The notes under the pieces are model-generated. The model was not told the DNA's origin. It did not search any database and saw only the letters and a program-made list of their open reading frames with translations. Positions 51,557 through 64,000 of a stretch of 64,000 nt of DNA are shown piece by piece. Both the position numbers and the translations under genes were made by a program. Position 1 is the first letter of the stretch. Each line of letters opens with the position of its first letter. The stretch covers positions 22,052 to 86,051 of the forward strand of contig JAUCBJ010000657.1 of the NCBI GenBank assembly GCA_032718475.1, given 5' to 3'. This DNA is from Nemertoderma westbladi (taxonomy: Eukaryota; Animalia; Xenacoelomorpha).

Positions 51557-52820
51557 CCCTATTAAACCCGGGGGGGGGGGGGTCAATATGACCCCCCCCC
51601 GTGGTTTTTTTATTATAATTCTGAAACAAACGCAGTTGGGAATCTGAAATTTTATGACTTTTCCTAAAAATCTATTCTCTTCATGGTAGTGAAAACCGTT
51701 TTCAAAAATATTGGGTACTTTTCGAGTTATAGCACCATTTTTTAACCCTACTTTTGGCACTTTTTTTGAGACGTTTTTTGAAAATTACATTTCATTAAAT
51801 ATGAATTGTAACATCTCTATTTTTGATTTACACCGGTTTTTTGGTGTTAGAAATTGGATGGAATTCATATAAATTGATTTAGAAATTTCAAACTTGTTTT
51901 TTTCGATGGGTGCCAAATTTTGGTGCCAGCACCAAATTTTGAAATAAGTCAATTTTGTAAATTGATTGTTTGAAACTTGTTTTTTACGCAATTGGGGTTT
52001 TTTGAGGTTCTGGATTCGATGAAATATATACGAGTTGAACCAAGCGTATCAAACTTGTATTTTTCGGTGCTGTGTGCTAATTTTGGTGCTAGCACGAAAT
52101 TTTGAAAATCCATTCAATATATAAAATTGCTTGTGACAATTTATTTCTTGCGTTTTAGAGGTTTATGGCTGTTCTGAATTCAATGGAAAATATAATTATC
52201 GAACTAGACATCTCAAACTTCTATTTTTCGGATGTGGGTGCAAAATGTGGTGCTAGCACCAAATTTTGAAAACCATCAAATATATCAATTGATTGTGTCA
52301 CCTTGTTTCTTGCGTTATACGGGTTTGTGATGGTTCTGAATTCAATGGAATCAGTAAAAATTTCATAAGAGTTCTCAAACTTGTATTTTTCGCCGGTGGG
52401 TGAAAATTGTTGTGCCAGCACCAAATTTTGGAAAATATACAAATTGATAAGTAGATAGTATCACCTTGTTTCTTGCGTTATACGGGTTTATGAGGGTCCT
52501 GAATCCGATGGAATCAATAAAAACAGCACTGGACATCGCAAACTTGTACTTTTTGGTGATGGGTACGAAATTTGGTGCTAGCACCAAAATTTGCTAAATT
52601 ACGCCGAAAAATACAAGTAGCAATGATCTGGCATATTAGAAATGTATTCCATTAGAATCAGCGCCCTCAAAATCCAGAAAATGTGAATTTATAGCATCGT
52701 ATAAGTGAATTAAAAATTTTGTGTTCTAACTGAAAAGTGCTGGTTACTTGTTTTTTTCATTTTTTTCCTACGCAGAGAGGACTAAACAGCCATTTATAGT
52801 AATCATATCATTTTTAAATA
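51557..52820 (-). mobile_element. MITE family A, inverted truncated copy
   Basis: TTAA|CCCTATTAAACCCGGG...; matches ~25255-26516 reversed. Confidence 0.9.
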
Positions 52821-52904
52821 TGAATAAATATATGTTAAATATATAATATGTTATAAATAAATATATTATATATATAATAAAAATATGAAATATGAATTTT
52901 AAAT

Positions 52905-53075
52905 ATGAACGGAGCTACCTTCCTTGGACTTCCTCTGTCGTCCATGCGCTCCGTCGCCCCACCGATCCCAGAGTACCACAGCCACCGTCCCACAGCCGTT
53001 CCAAACAACCTCGCCACCACCGGATACGTCTATGTCCGGCGAGACGCCCATCGCGGACCGCTACAACGCCCGTAT
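52905..53075 (+). mobile_element. Gypsy post-integrase fragment
   Basis: YVYVRRDAHRGPLQRPY. Confidence 0.6.
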
Positions 53076-53447
53076 GCGATATGCGCCCGTAAGTGATGTC
53101 TTGCCCACCCGTGTACTGGTTGGTATATGCCGCAGGCTCCAGTTCACTCTGCTTGAGGTTCAGATGCCATCCATGCCGGGGACTTGGGTTTGACAATGGT
53201 GCCGGTCTTCGTGGTGTCCATCTTATGGATAACTATTAACTTATTAAGACAGCAGGAACAAAAGGGGTGGAACCTAATAACGGTCAGGATTATTCAATAT
53301 TATCTCTGGTTTATAATATTCTTGCGGTAAGGTAATTATTTTGTAAATTGAGTAATATTGTAAGACATTCATTATTAACATTTAAAAAAATTTATATATA
53401 ATCAAGGTCCAAGACCTCCAAGTCCTCCAAGGTCCAAGCTCCTAATC

Positions 53448-53735
53448 AAGGAGCAAGAAGAGACCAAATCCAGAAAGTACAAAGAACTAGTAGACCGAGG
53501 ATACCTCTTCGCACCAGTAGCCTTCGAAACCCTTGGCCGGCCAGGACCAGCAACAACCTCATTCCTGAAAGAGGTTGGCAGGAAGATTCGACAAGCAACA
53601 CAGGAACCCCGGTCTCATCGATTCCTGCTGCAAAGACTCCTGATAGCCATCCTAATCGGCAACTCGGCCTCAATCCTAGGAACTGTAGACTCCACTAACA
53701 ATAGCGGCCTCTTCGACATACTTGAAGAACATTAA
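53448..53735 (+). mobile_element. 3' end of an RLE (CRE-like) non-LTR element
   Basis: K..KYKELVDRGYLFAPVAFETLG...FLLQRLLIAILIGNSASILGT*. Confidence 0.8.
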
Positions 53736-54002
53736 TAATTATTCAACATAAATATAAAACATTTAATTTAATTTAGTTTAAAACTGATTTATTTAATATT
53801 GTAGAAATTTATAATTGCATAATATTGTACTAGTATTTATAATTGTATAATAAATACTGTATATTAAGAATAAAGCCTTTTGTCATTATAAATATCAAAA
53901 TAATCAAGGTCCTGTAACTGTAAAAAAAGTTCCTAAATGGTCAGTAGCTCCCATTTCTGTAAGAAAAACTCCGGCTGTGAAAAGATTTGTAGTTAAGTTA
54001 AT

Positions 54003-54281
54003 GAATGAATGGGAGAATCTTTTAGGCTCGTTAAGCCAAGGAATGCCTGTTCACCACCATGGGTGATCTTCCACAGTAAACCCTTCCACTCTGTTTCCCA
54101 AGTTGCCTTGGTTCCCATTTATCGACCACTGAAGGATGAAAGCCGGGGTAGGGCTAGGCTGCAGCATTTAAAGCACCGTGCCCAAACGGTGCTGCCCCAT
54201 CTAGGGATCGAACCAGGGCTCCCTAATCGGAAGCACATTAATGTCACCACTAGACCAAGCTGCTGCTTGTTAATTTAAGTC
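54003..54281 (-). mobile_element. tRNA-derived SINE with Nin-like central domain
   Basis: A box TGGTCTAGTGG, B box GGTTCGATCCC, GCTTTCATCCTT..GGTCGATAAATG core, (CATT)n tail, TSD AGTTAAGTTAAT (53991-54002, 54282-54293). Confidence 0.85.
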
Positions 54282-55322
54282 AGTTAAGTTAATTGAGATA
54301 TGATCAATCAGAGTTTTTGAATGGGCAGTAATTCTGGTCACTTGTTTAAATACAGTAGTTGTTTGAAGCCGTAAGTAGATAAAGTGTTACAGTAGGTCTT
54401 AGAATTTGCAAATTGGTGAAGAGTATCAATATTAATATAATGGTGTAATGTTATAATGGTGTCATAATTGCCGTCAGTAAAGTACTTAGTTCATCGATAA
54501 ATTTAGAGTCAGAACATATGTTGTGGTCGGTATAAAGTGCGGATAAGTAAGGGTTTGTGTTGTTAACGGTTGCTGTACCAGGTCCCAGTAGAACCCAGAA
54601 AGACTCACACCAATCTACAGAAAAATCTGAGATTTGTGTGAATTGTAACACTTTCCTCCCCCCTGTCCCACCCCTGACCAGTTTTCCATTATTGTCTGTT
54701 GGTTATAATTGGTTTGTGATATCCGTCAAGTTGTACCAGGGAAAGATCCGTGTCATCCGTTAGAAAACTTTCAGTAAAGGTCAGTACATCGAATTGTTTA
54801 GAAAGTAGGTCTAAGTAATCAGTAGTGTCGCGTAGGTTTTTCCGTATACTTCTGCAGTTTAGATGGAATATTGTTAATGGTTACTTAACTGTGTTTTTTT
54901 AGAAGAGAGTTGAAGGATTCAGAATTTAAATAATGTATTAATTATTGTAGAAATTAGATTTTTATCAATATCAATCTTAGAAGCAGATAAATCAATAGGA
55001 TCAAGAACTTCATTACCAGTAGAAAATTATTAGAATCAGAGTTAGGAATATCATGGATAGAAAAAGCATGGTCGACAGCCCAAGACTTGAAAGATTAAAG
55101 AACACTGGCCTTGAAGAAAGTTAAATATATGTATATTATTTAATTAAACCATGTTAAATAATTTAATTATTTCAAACATGTTAAATATATATCAAATAAA
55201 TGTTAAATAAATATTTAATAAATGTTAAAATAAATGTTAAATATTTTAAATATGTTGTTAAATTATATTATTTTATATATTTAACGTTAATTTCCAAAAA
55301 GTATTATTAAAATCAAATATTA

Positions 55323-56594
55323 TTATACATCACTTTTTCCACGGCAATGAAACACCCATTTGTTTGCCGCTTTCCTAAAACTCGCAACAAATATGTACAT
55401 CACGTAGAAATTTAGACTAAAAACAAAAGTAGATATATTCGAAACAGATGCAGAAATAAAAGCGGCATAATGCAATGCCATATAATTAGTAAATTCTTAT
55501 ATTTCTGTGGTCAATGGATTGATACTATTCTCAAGACCCTTCTGGTACACCCAGATGGTATGCCACACAATACTCGCTATATCTTTAACACACATTAATA
55601 TTGTTGTTATTAGCATCATCTTTACTGCTGCAACCATTTTTATGGTCGATGGTGAATTTGGCGTTAATTTAACCTGTTTCCTTAACTTATAAATCATTAA
55701 GCCATTTATTAAACAAACTAATACAACTTGTGCGATCCTACGTATAGGTTTAAAGGTATCCAGAAAAGCGAAACCCCTGTCTACATGTATATTGATAGCT
55801 CTATAGTAATCGTTTAGAACTAAATAATTCCTAACATCATCAATATATCTTATCTCACCAACAAACAGTACTAAATATGGCCAATATAGCAGAGCTGATT
55901 TTATAACTGTAAATAATACAATGAAATATATCATGTTCTTATTTTTAAATTTTGTATCTTTATACCAAACTGGGAAATATAGTGCAGCTATTCGTTCTGC
56001 ACCCATAACTAGTATTAGAGTTGAATCCACCTGCTGAAACCACCAGGCAAAGATAGGCCAGGTAACTAGAAACAACCAGTAAGCGACATTAGGGCAGTAC
56101 AGAGTTACAAAGTATCTATCATTAATATTGTGCACAGTGAAATGGGTATACCACCACCCAAAATTAATACCGAGCAAGAAAAAAATTCCCATTGATATTA
56201 GAATATCAAGAACTGATTTATATATTAACATTCTGTAAAAAAGACTGTTAAACGATGGCTCTCGAATAATTGTTATTATAGCGATGATGTTACCAAATAG
56301 GCCAATTATATTGTAGGAAGAAATAAATGGTCCAACCAAAAATTGAAAAACTTTTTTAGCATTTTCGTAGTTAACATTCTTCACATTGAATAAATAATCC
56401 CAATCTGATTGCAGGATTTTGATGTATTCAGGGTGATAAAGGTTGGTTTGGGTTGTGTTGCCAAGAACATTGGTGTTGTTGTGAACATCAAGAGTGTTAC
56501 TCTCACTAGCAACAGATACAGATGCACAAATTAATAATATTATTGTGCAAGATATATGTAATGGGGCTAAACTGTGAATTATTGGTGACATCAT
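55323..56594 (-). pseudogene. Intronless rhodopsin-type 7TM GPCR copy 2 with premature TAA before TM7
   Basis: Hydrophobic N-terminus, GLFGNIIA TM1, ERIAALYFP; GAA>TAA at 55497-55499 relative to copy 1; TM7 continues in frame to 55323. Confidence 0.85.
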
Positions 56595-58284
56595 ATTGAG
56601 TATCAACAATTATATTATAAGAAGATTGTATTATCTGTGATAACTAAGAAAGCTTATGTTTGATTATTATGTTCAACTTAAACAACATTTTAGTTCAATT
56701 CTAATAGTAAGATTGGACATCATCCGACATAAATATAATTATATTTCCTCCTCATTTCCCATTGGCCACTAAAACAAAGTATTAAGGCCCTGCTCTCGTT
56801 CATGAGGTATCCTATTGGATGATGACCAGAGGTTATTAGAAATCCACAGTAAAGTTAAAACAGAATAGGTAAATCCAAAGTTAGAATAGGGAGTCAGTCA
56901 GTTTTGTAAAAAACGGGAAATTCTTTCTAAGATCACATAATTCCTTAGTCATGAATAAATATTTTCTATCAAGATCAAAATTACTCTAACAATTACAGTT
57001 AAATCACTCTGAGATAAAAGACGATCAATCAACCTACCAATTTAGCAAGTGCATGACGTAGTCACACTACATCATGCACTTGACATACTTTTCTGCAGTA
57101 CCAAATCAAATCAAATAAAATGTAATTAGCCGAGGGCAAGCATCTACTCTAAGGGTAAAAAACTAAATAACTAAATAACTAACTAATAAAATAACTAAAA
57201 ACCTTGGTAATATATATTGTAATTACACATATTACTCGTGTTAGATGACGTGGTACATATTTTCACTATGATCTCCATTCTTTATTAACCTCGCTACGCT
57301 CATTAAATAAGTTATATCGAGAAAAAATAATGTTCTACATAATTTACAATGCAATAAATAAATAGTATAATTTTTTATATTCGATCTTATAACCATTACT
57401 TTCTTTATTTCATTTTCGCTTGGAACCAAACTACTACCAAAATACTACTATAAACGGCCTGCTGCATTGAAACCCAACAAAAGACCTTCAGTCTCTGACC
57501 GTAGTGAATGGATAGCTTATTATCAACCTTCCACTCATTCCAGTATTCAGAACCGCACTTAACTTTGAGATGTGAATATGGACATAGGAGAGAATATAAA
57601 AACAATGTCATCGGCATATAAAAAGAGTTAAAAATAGGGATCTATACTACTTATTATCATAGCACACAAAAAGCAGAGGATTTATGGTACAATTTATAAT
57701 TATAATACAATTTATAATACAAATTATATTTGTTATAATATATAATGTATCAGGATCAAGGATCAAGGATGTTTCGTCCTGGGACTATATGAAATCTTAC
57801 TTTTGTAATTTCTGACACCATGACACCAGAAAGCTTCCACCCCAGACGGAAATTCTGGGGAAGAAAATCCTTTATGAAAAACAGGGACGATCTTGTGCTT
57901 TGGAGGCTTTTGTGTATCTAATATAAATTAAACAAGGGTTTTTTTCTGTTTCTGCGATGAGCTTTTCAGATGCTGGAAATTAATAACCCACATTAACTCT
58001 CATACCATTTATGATATAAGTACATATGAGTAACACTAGGGTTGTTTGACTCATGAGAGTACCTAAGAGTATTCCTATGTGTTTCTTCCCTTGGGCAATT
58101 TGTCGAAAGAAGATAATTGTGAGTGATTTTACTAGCAGGGAGTCATTTTGAGGCAATGGGAGTTGATTGATTCCTCCCCTTATGTGGCCAATATATTATA
58201 AGTGTTATACATTATATAACATAGGAGACAACAATCAATCAACTACAATTTATTTATCCATCAAAATTCATCTTTATTGACCTT

Positions 58285-58520
58285 AAACCTATTAAACACG
58301 GGGGCGCGGCGCATGGGGTCAATATTTGGGGTTCGCAATTCGAGGGAATTCCATATAAAATATTCTAAAAATATGAAACTTTTTTCGGTGGGTGTCTAAT
58401 TTTTGTGCTTGTTCCAAATTTTTAAAATTCATTAATTTGGAAAATTGATTGTTTGTTCCTGTTTCTTGAGTTGTAGGTGTTTTTGGATTCTCAAAACGAT
58501 GGATTAAATACAAATAGCAT
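58285..58520. mobile_element. Divergent relative of MITE family A
   Basis: TTAAACCTATTAAACACGGGG...GGGGTCAATAT and TTTTCGGTGGGTG internal motif. Confidence 0.45.
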
Positions 58521-59590
58521 AAGACATGAGACATTTTTCGGCAGATTGGTCCCCGCACTAAATTTTAATAATTTGTTAAACTATTTTCATTATTTGTTTC
58601 TCTTTAATATTATATTTCAATTCGCTTTCTCAGCCATTATTCTCAGCGCTTCCGATTTTTATGTTGCGCCAGTTTTCGGAATTCGATGGGAAACATTTTA
58701 TAGGAACGAAAATTGTCAATGTAACTTCTAAGTTGTAAGAAATATGGAGCTCAGTAACAAAATTGTATGCCTTTATGGAAACGGGACGTTTTAACTGGAT
58801 TCAAAACTTTTGTCAAAAAATGTGTTGTTGGGTCAATCAATATTGTGTTATAACGCGCACTTGCAGGCTAATTAAGGTGAAATTAATTCCCAACACAGTA
58901 AGATAAACTAACCTCGTTATATCTGGGTGTGGTTATGGTTATCAGCAATTATTGTCTTGAAAAGATAATAAATGAAGTCATAAATCGTCCGCCATTGGAG
59001 CATTGCGTATTTGGGCGTGGAACTGATTTTACTTAGTAGTAGAAAATATTTGAACAATAAAAATTTATAGTCATAATTTATTTCGAAGTTATGCTCTATT
59101 GCACAATACCTATTCATTATTATTCAATTACCATAAAATTTATATAATGTAATACAAATATTATAATACTGACTTTCACTCAGAAAATTGCATTTTATAG
59201 TGAAAAAATATAATAAAAATACATCAAATTGTCTGCATTTAGACTTTGTGAAAAAGACTGGTCTTGTAAAAGTGACACATATTGGACGAATATCTTTTCA
59301 GAAGTAGTATTAAGGGCACAAAATTGCTACAATGATGTTTTCCCTTATGGAAGCACAAAACTTTCGGTGTGAATAAATTATAGAACTAATGTTGCTCTGA
59401 TGTTATGGCTCATTAATACGATTAGTCATATATTCAGATAGGGGGGGATTTTAACAGCAATATAACAGCTGATTACTCTCAAAAGTAAAACTGTAACCTG
59501 TTATATTGACTTTAATATTATAATAACGTGCCAGTGTAACCTACTAGGATACTACTACTAGGATCGGCATGCTGCATTACAGCTGCATTT

Positions 59591-60175
59591 TTAAGAATGC
59601 TGTGCTGGCTTATCGACAAAACTGCACCGCCACAACTCCCTATCACCCATGACATTTGCTAGATCATCCGCATCTTCAAGGCCAGTGTCCTTTAAGATGC
59701 GTCTCAAGAAAGTCATGGGCTGTCCACCATGCTTATTCACTCCATGAGGCTGCCAAAGTACAAGATTATGCACTGGCTGGTCCTCACGGCGAAAGCAATG
59801 TCCTGCAAAGTGGAGGCGATTTTGTTCTAGTGTCAATCTTGGGGGAACCAATGAGACACCTCCAATGTTATATAGTGTCTGGTTGGAGATGTGTGCATTG
59901 TACTTGACACAATGAACCCGGCTAAGCATTCTGGTGAATGTGCCATCCAGAGATTTGGTGTCCTCAGCAGTTAGAGCCCAGCATGGAATCCCATAGAGGA
60001 GTACTGGAACTACTGATGCTCTAAATAATCGGACCTTAAGTTTCCGATTAATTCTCGTTGTGACTTCCAAATCCTGGAAAGCCTATTCAATGCTGCCCAT
60101 GCCTTTCCCTTACGTATTCGAAGGTCCTCAACTGACTTCCGGATCCATGATCCCAGGTAACAGACTCTCTCCACC
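59591..60175 (-). mobile_element. RTE LINE ORF 3' end
   Basis: YLGSWI...IRKGKAWAALNRLSRIWKS; KVRLFRASV..VLLYG...W; RL.FAGHC.R; M.DRELWR. Confidence 0.85.
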
Positions 60176-60830
60176 TCAACTATCAACGGTTCGCTATCCG
60201 TCCTATCTCGACACCCCTTCTTGCCCGTAGCAATGTTTCCTCGTTTATCCCTCTCTCCCCCCTCACATCGTTCACTCCCGGCATTATATCTAAGTTCATC
60301 AGATCTCGTTTCGACCTCCCGGATGAACCCTACTGTTCTCCGCCTGTGGGTTCGACATTCCTTCGTTTGGCCGATCACTGCATGAGTGCCTACCCGGTTG
60401 TACGGCCTCGTAGATATTCGCTGATCCTCTATTATCCTCCGTCGTTCGGGAGTTCTGTGTTTCCTTGTAGGCCCCCGCTGGGCGAATCATTTACTTGGTC
60501 ATTATTATTTATATTAATTATACCGCTATTATTTTTTCTGTCGTTATTTATTAAATTATTATTTAAATTACTTTGTTCGCTACTACCTTCTATGTTATTT
60601 AAATTATTTATTGCACCAGTATTAATATTATTGTTATTATTATTATTATTATTGTTATTTATTAAAACATTATTTTCTGTAAGAAAGGTACCTTCATTAG
60701 TATTAGGATTATCGAGTACGGTATTATTAATATTAATATTATCGCTAAATGTAATGTTGTTACCCCCACCGGTCCAGTTACACCAGTCTTGTGTTTGCCG
60801 TCCGGTCCCAGCACTATTGTCTACGCACTA
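60176..60830 (-). mobile_element. Fragment of a BEL gag N-terminal region related to 11.1-12.3 kb
   Basis: RRRTVGF.REV and RTDSE motifs, Asn-rich tract, CCCCACC.GT.C.GT.ACACCAGT shared with ~12296. Confidence 0.65.
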
Positions 60831-61646
60831 TTGGATAGATTTGACTCAGATATAGAGGATGGTATTGAAAATCTACTAAATTATATTGACACAGAATTAT
60901 ATGCTGCGCAGAATGTTGATTAAGGAAGGTGATGCAGCAGAACTAATTTCAATTGCAAGTAGGATAAATACTGGCACTGGTAGTTCCAGTACTGGTATGT
61001 CAAAGGATGATGATTGTATACCTACAGTATTGGTGTTCCTTCTGCAAATATTCATGTTGTGAGTAGAAATGATATACTGGCACCTACCAGTATTAAGTTA
61101 TGTAACTGCAACACCTGATACTGGTACTAATTCTGGTCAAGGCGCTGATGTCAATGTCGAATTCGTTGAAATAGGTGGTGATAGTGACATAGCATTGGAA
61201 CCTTTCCCAGTTGTCTATAAGCCACCTCCTGTACCACCACTTACAAGTAAGTGCTTTGCACCCAATCCCAAAACTAAAAAAGAGTTTGGCAGAAGAAAAT
61301 AGTAACACCACATAAGCCTAAGTCATTTAAACTTTCTGGACAGGTGCTACTAATTTCAAGCAGCAGTCCTTCATCAGTCCTTCAACTGCTGACATGTCAA
61401 GTTCAGAATCTGAGACAGATTCTGATTGCCCAGATTCTCTGGAACAATCCATTTTGCTTGTATATTCCAAGGCTGTGGAATTGGATGGTGGTTTACTTAG
61501 TTTGATTATCTCTGTGTCTGAAAGATATGCAATACAGAAAGCTCGGCCATTTACATGTGGGGTTGATGAGATGAAGGCATTTGATTTATTGGAATTAATT
61601 ATGTAATGGTTATAAAAATATTGCCCAGTCTTAGCGATTATTAGTC

Positions 61647-64000
61647 AACAGATAAGTTTTTGGGGAATAGAGGAATTCAGGATGTTATGCCTAGAAGTCG
61701 GTTTCAGGAAATACTGTAAACTTTACATTTTGCAGACAATGAGAAGGAACCAAAACAAACTGATGGGAAGTTGTTTGATGGGGGTATAAGATTCGTACTG
61801 TAATTAATCATTTAAATAATAAGAAAGCTGATACCCCAATACAAAGTGTTGATGAACACATGTGTAAATTATTGATCATCCATACTTTATGAATGGCACT
61901 AGGTGTAAACTAACTGCTCTAAGTAAGAACGTTATAGAGGAACGTGTGACATACATGGTCCCCACAAAGGACAGAATGCCTTTCTTCTGATAATTCCATT
62001 AATTCCATCAACGAATAAAACTCCAGTTGAGTTTAGGCATTTGCAATTCTCAGTGAAAATTGGCTTCTGCTTTACAATTAATTAAAACTATAATTAATAA
62101 TAAAATTAAAACTCATATAGTCCTCTCTGAGTGCGATCCATTTACATATGGTATGCTCTATGTTGCGTTCTCTCATGCATAATCAACAGAGGGATTGTGT
62201 ATACTCTACTCTGCAAGACACGAAATGGAAAATTTATGTAAATAGCAGTCAGCACTGTAAATTTTGACAAAGTTAGTAATACTCTATAATATAAACTATA
62301 ATTTTATAAATCTTTTAATTAATATATTATATACTAAGATGTATCACCCAAACCACCCTTATTTAGCTGCTTTGGCTGTTTACCCTTATCTTATTATATT
62401 GTACATTAGCCTAAAATTTGCCTAAAATCGTAAATTTTGGCGAAAATTGTGTATTGAGTTTTTATATAATTTTAATGCTTAGAAAACAGAAAAGTGCTTA
62501 ATTTAAACCATAATGGAGCTCCTGAGATGAATTTACAAAGTCAGTTTGATTAATAATTACGTTCGAAAAATAAATTTTGAATGATAAATAAATAAATAAA
62601 TTATGATTAATAATAAGTTCGAATAAATAAAGGTTGGCTATTCTAGAAGAATAAAACACTTACATGGCTTGCCCTCTCAAAAATCAACTTATTGGTACTT
62701 TTGCAGTATCCGTCACACATTTTCTGAAAATTGCCCCAATTGAAATGAAAATTGTTAAAATTGCTTGTATATAGTACGCCTTGATTATACACTATTCTAG
62801 ATCATAAATAATACAAATAATATAATGTTCTAGAACATATAGCTAGTTATTTTTCAAATTTAAAATAGCTAGCTTCTAGGCCTAATGCTTGGTTTGCTCT
62901 ACTTATGATTTCTGAATACACATACATTATACTTGACCGCATGTCACTCCATTGTTAATGCGCAGCCCCACATATACATTCGTCAATAAGCAACCTGCCT
63001 GCAGCTGAATGTTGTAGTGGAATACTTGCTGCAAGCTTTCTCAGTATCATAGATACTGGTGTTCTAGAACAATTAATTAGTTTTGGTGACAGTTATTATG
63101 TATGTATGAAATAAAAAAATAATAATAATATTAATTGAATATGCATATTTATGGATTGAAATGAGCAGATGTCATTGTCTATTGCAAAAAGGATGGGAGA
63201 ATATTTTTTGCATCTATAGTAAATGAAGTATAATGCTTTTAGAATAATTATCCAAAGATACGGGGGATACTACATTTCGTATATTATCACATGATGATGG
63301 CGGTGTCATTGATAGTCCAAAACGATCGTATAATCATCAATGAACATATCAACAACCTGTTTTACAACAACCACCACCACTATTTTGGATGGAAACTCCA
63401 CATCCTCCATCGCACCAACGTCTACCACTCAGTTGTAATACTATTGTTTATAACAATGGATGAAACATTGGTGCCATCACATAATGACGAAGATGATCCC
63501 TCATCAGCTTCATCGTTATGTGATGGCAACAATGTTTCCTCATATGGACAGTGACGATGATGGTGAGTATTCTGACACTACAGAGTTTCGAAAACAGAGG
63601 CCACAAATTCCTTCAATGGCGGAAGATATTCTTTCTTCAAGTTCAACAGGTATGTCAGTATCTCCAAATATATTATTATACCCTTAATCTTCTAAACAAG
63701 CAGCGTTGATGCTTGTACTATCACTTTGTGGATCCTATCTACATAATATGTACATACTTTCTGAATCGGATTTATTATCGCCTTTCTTTTACATTTACTT
63801 GATAATCAAGAACACCGAGCCCAATAATTCTATAATTCCATTCTTAGAATCATTCTTGTTCGAACGAAAGGTGGTCTTATATCAGACTCGTAATGGATCC
63901 ATACAGCCTTAATCTATCAAAACCACAAAAGAACAAAAAAGACCAAAAACAGGTGCATCAGTTGTTACTCCTAGCAACATACTGCAAAGACTAAATGTTG
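61647..64000 (+). repeat. Near-identical duplicate of 38565-40918
   Basis: Constant offset of 23082 at both ends and at ORFs 40209/63291, 40378/63460, 40624/63706. Confidence 0.95.

Overview
AT-rich eukaryotic (most likely invertebrate animal) DNA that is almost entirely nested and partly duplicated transposable elements. It holds two BEL/Pao LTR retrotransposons facing each other (1-14.4 kb); RTE, CR1/L2, CRE-type and Penelope retroelements; piggyBac MITEs; a foldback-type element; remnants of CACTA, hAT, Transib, Helitron and Gypsy elements; a tRNA-derived SINE; satellites; and recent segmental duplications. The only host-type genes are two intronless 7TM GPCR copies, each broken by a different nonsense codon. 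The most unusual part is the 3' end of the first BEL/Pao element (1-3.8 kb). After integrase come a highly structured spacer with splice signals, an extra env-position ORF with three zinc knuckles and an Arg-rich tail (possibly reached by a -1 frameshift), and a Pol III tRNA-like unit. The second BEL element lacks a tRNA-type PBS and instead has a leader complementary to its own LTR (possible self-priming). Family calls rest on protein motifs recognised by eye; no searches were run, and boundaries without TSD support are approximate.
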